A DNA stretch of 64,000 bases from Torpedo marmorata (Eukaryota), in NCBI GenBank assembly GCA_977017645.1, contig OZ360225.1, positions 115,692,001 to 115,756,000 on the forward strand, written 5' to 3'. Shown piece by piece: positions 61,593 to 64,000 of this stretch. A program made the translations under genes and the position numbers. The stretch's first letter is position 1, and the number at the start of each line of letters is the position of its first letter. A model generated the notes under the pieces. That model was not told the DNA's origin, did no database searches, and saw only the letters and a list, made by a program, of their open reading frames with translations.

Positions 61593-62999
61593 TATGTGCT
61601 GTACCTGCCTGCTAACGTTTTGTGATTCATGCACAAAAATACTTGGATCCCTCTGAATTGCATTGTTTATTGTTACATGTAGCGAGTGTGGTGAAAATCT
61701 GTTTTCTGTGCAATCCAGGCAAGTCAACGTACTGAAGTACAGCAGGTACTGCAATGATAAAACAAAAGTGCTGGTTATATTGTTACAGTAAGTCACAAAG
61801 TGCAGGGTACAGTGTTACAAAGCACAGGGTATAGTGAAAAGAACAGTTAAAACAGTGCAATGCATCATCTTTTAACAATGAGACGTCCGTTTAAGAGTCT
61901 GATGGCAGCAAGAAAGAAACTGTCCTTGAATCTAGATATTCATGTTTTCAAGCTCATGGATCTTCAGCCCAATAGAAGGGGGGATAAGAGACTATGACCA
62001 GCATGGGATGTGTCCTTTAATATGTTGGCAGCTTTCACGAGACAGTGGGAGGTACAGACGGAGTTGGTGGATTGGAGGTTTGTTTGTGTGATGACCCGAG
62101 CTGTGTTCTGCAGTGCACTCATTTGCAACCTTGGTTCATTTTGAAAATAAACTGCCCTTTGATTCCTTCTCCAATGTACATGACCTCGCACATTTCCCAC
62201 AATAAACTCCATTTGCCAGTTTGTGCCCTTCACTCAATCTATCTAAAACTCATCACAATATCTTCAGGACTGTTTTGAGACCACGGACTGGAGCTGATTC
62301 AGGGAGGCGGCCACTTACAACGGTCATGTAAACATCGAGGAGTAAATGAGCTCAGTGACTGGCTATATCAGCAAGTGCATTGAGGATGTCACCGAGATCA
62401 AATGCTTCACAACCAGGGCTAACCAGAAACCATGGTTGGATGCAGAGGTTTGGGCACTTCTCAGAGCTCGTGATGCTGCCTTCAGGACAGGAGACAAGAT
62501 GGCACTAAGATCAGCCAGGGCTGAACTCTCCTATGAAACCTGGAAGGCAAAGCGTGGGTACGCGGAGAAGATCCACAGAGAGCTGTGTACCACTGGCCAC
62601 GTGAGGCGCAAGAGGCAAGGGATCAAAACAATAACAGATCACAAGACAACCTTGCGAGTCAAAGACAATGACGCCTCCCTTCTGGACAGACCGAACATCT
62701 TCTACGCACGGTTCGATGAGAAGAACAGGCTGACGCCGAAGAAAGCTCCATGTCCCCCTGATGAACGGGCCCCCTGCATAGCCGCGGCCAAGGTGAGGAG
62801 AACCCTATCCAAGGTGAACCCACACAAGGCAGCGGGACCAGAAACATACCTGGTCGGGTACTGAAGGACTGCGCAGTCCAACTGACGGAGATCTTCAACA
62901 CCTCACTGCAGTCGTCCATTGTCCCCGAGAGTTTCAAGACAGCCACCATTATCCTGGTACCAAAGAGGGCGACAATAACAGGTCTTAACGACTACTGCC

Positions 63000-63122
63000 T
63001 GTGATGAAGAGAACAAGTTCGAAGGGTCCAAGAAGTGACCAGTCTGAACACCGTTTAACCACAAACAACGTTTTTTATTTACATGCTGTGGGTGGGGTGG
63101 TGGAGAGAGTCGCAATAGGGAT

Positions 63123-63199
<77 letters not shown>

Positions 63200-63413
63200 A
63201 CTTCATGCAATTCGGACGCAGCAAAGCAACCGATACTCGCTACTCCTGATAGATCGCTACTAATCGTAGTTTCCACAGTTAAACATGCAGATCGCTGCTA
63301 CTTGCAGTTCCCATGGCTAAATGTGAGGACGAAAAAAACAGTACCCGCCACCCCTCGCTAACTAACAGGCACAGTATCCCGATTAGCTACAGAATGTAAT
63401 TACACTAATAACA
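63000..63413 (-). mobile_element. Probable solo LTR containing a (CA)n tract
   Basis: Minus strand runs TGTTA...TCACA with AATAAA near 63075; interrupts Rex1; no TSD seen. Confidence 0.45.
63125..63197. repeat. (CA)n microsatellite
   Basis: About 36 perfect CA units. Confidence 0.98.
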
Positions 63414-64000
63414 ACAAATAATAACTCTGTAGTGGAGAGAGAAGAGAACACCAAGTTCCTCGGAGTCCACTTAACAAGTGACCTATCCTGGACACATAAC
63501 ATCTCCTCACTTGTCGGGAAGACGCAACAGTGAACTTCCTGAAACACTTCCTGAGAAGACTGAGGCGGGCAAGGCAACCGCCACCATCTTGTCAGCTTTC
63601 TGCAGGAGCTCTATTGAGAGCGTCCTGGCTGGCTGCATCATAGTGTGGTACGGTTGCTGTAGAGAATTGGATCGGAGGTCAATCCACAGGACCATAAGAC
63701 AGGTAGAGAAGAAAGTTTTGGGTCTCCCTCCCCCCTCTCCTCCCCCCCCCCACCCATCGATGTGATATATTGGGATTGTTGTCTGAAGAGGGTACGCAAA
63801 ATAGTTGAAGACCCCTACCACCCCACACACAGCATCTTTCAGTTACTCCCATTGGGAGTATGTGTGTTAAGTCTGGTTGTGTGTTTGCATATCCATTCCC
63901 TGCATACTCTGATGAGTTACACCTTTGCAACCTGAAAAAGACCCAGTTATACCAACTCTGTATGATAACTAATTTTCAGTTGATGCTAATGCACTTCCTC

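Larger units (their letters stand above)
62270..63860 (+). mobile_element. Rex1/Babar fragments (62270-62999 and 63415-63860)
   Basis: NQKPW...FYARF...VNPHKAAGP; later SIESVLAGCI.VWYG. Confidence 0.85.

Noticed and set aside
63900-63950. Hammerhead-like CTGATGAG...TGAAA
   Set aside because: Stem II is mismatched and offset from GAAA by two bases; no stem I or III found.

Overview
Eukaryotic, repeat-dominated DNA, most likely from a cartilaginous fish (shark or ray). This is inferred from the repeat set: HE1/V-type tRNA SINEs, CR1, Rex1/Babar, L1/Tx1 and Penelope. The only confidently identified host gene is the first coding exon of PREX2 (47209-47352, +), with its CpG-rich promoter and the start of intron 1. 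Two candidate 3' exons of an unidentified + strand gene lie at 5273-5310 and 9518-9617, and an orphan CpG-rich promoter-like patch lies near 17.2 kb. The rest is largely nested transposons: two long L1 copies, many Rex1 fragments, a Penelope, a pogo/POGK-like DNA transposon with its MITE, a short Helitron, hAT and Tc1 MITEs, two 5S-derived SINEs, and short Penelope-derived hairpin elements with hammerhead-like cores. The most striking object is a complete 4.5-kb Gypsy element (10525-15008, -) with an intact 1305-aa ORF and a GTCAC target-site duplication. It has no tRNA primer-binding site. Instead, a perfect 14-nt complement of its own LTR poly(A)-signal region sits at the PBS position, suggesting self-priming. 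Its RT reads YLDN rather than YxDD, and a YY1/ETS/E-box cassette is embedded in the coding sequence. All family calls come from motif recognition by eye; boundaries of degraded repeats are approximate.
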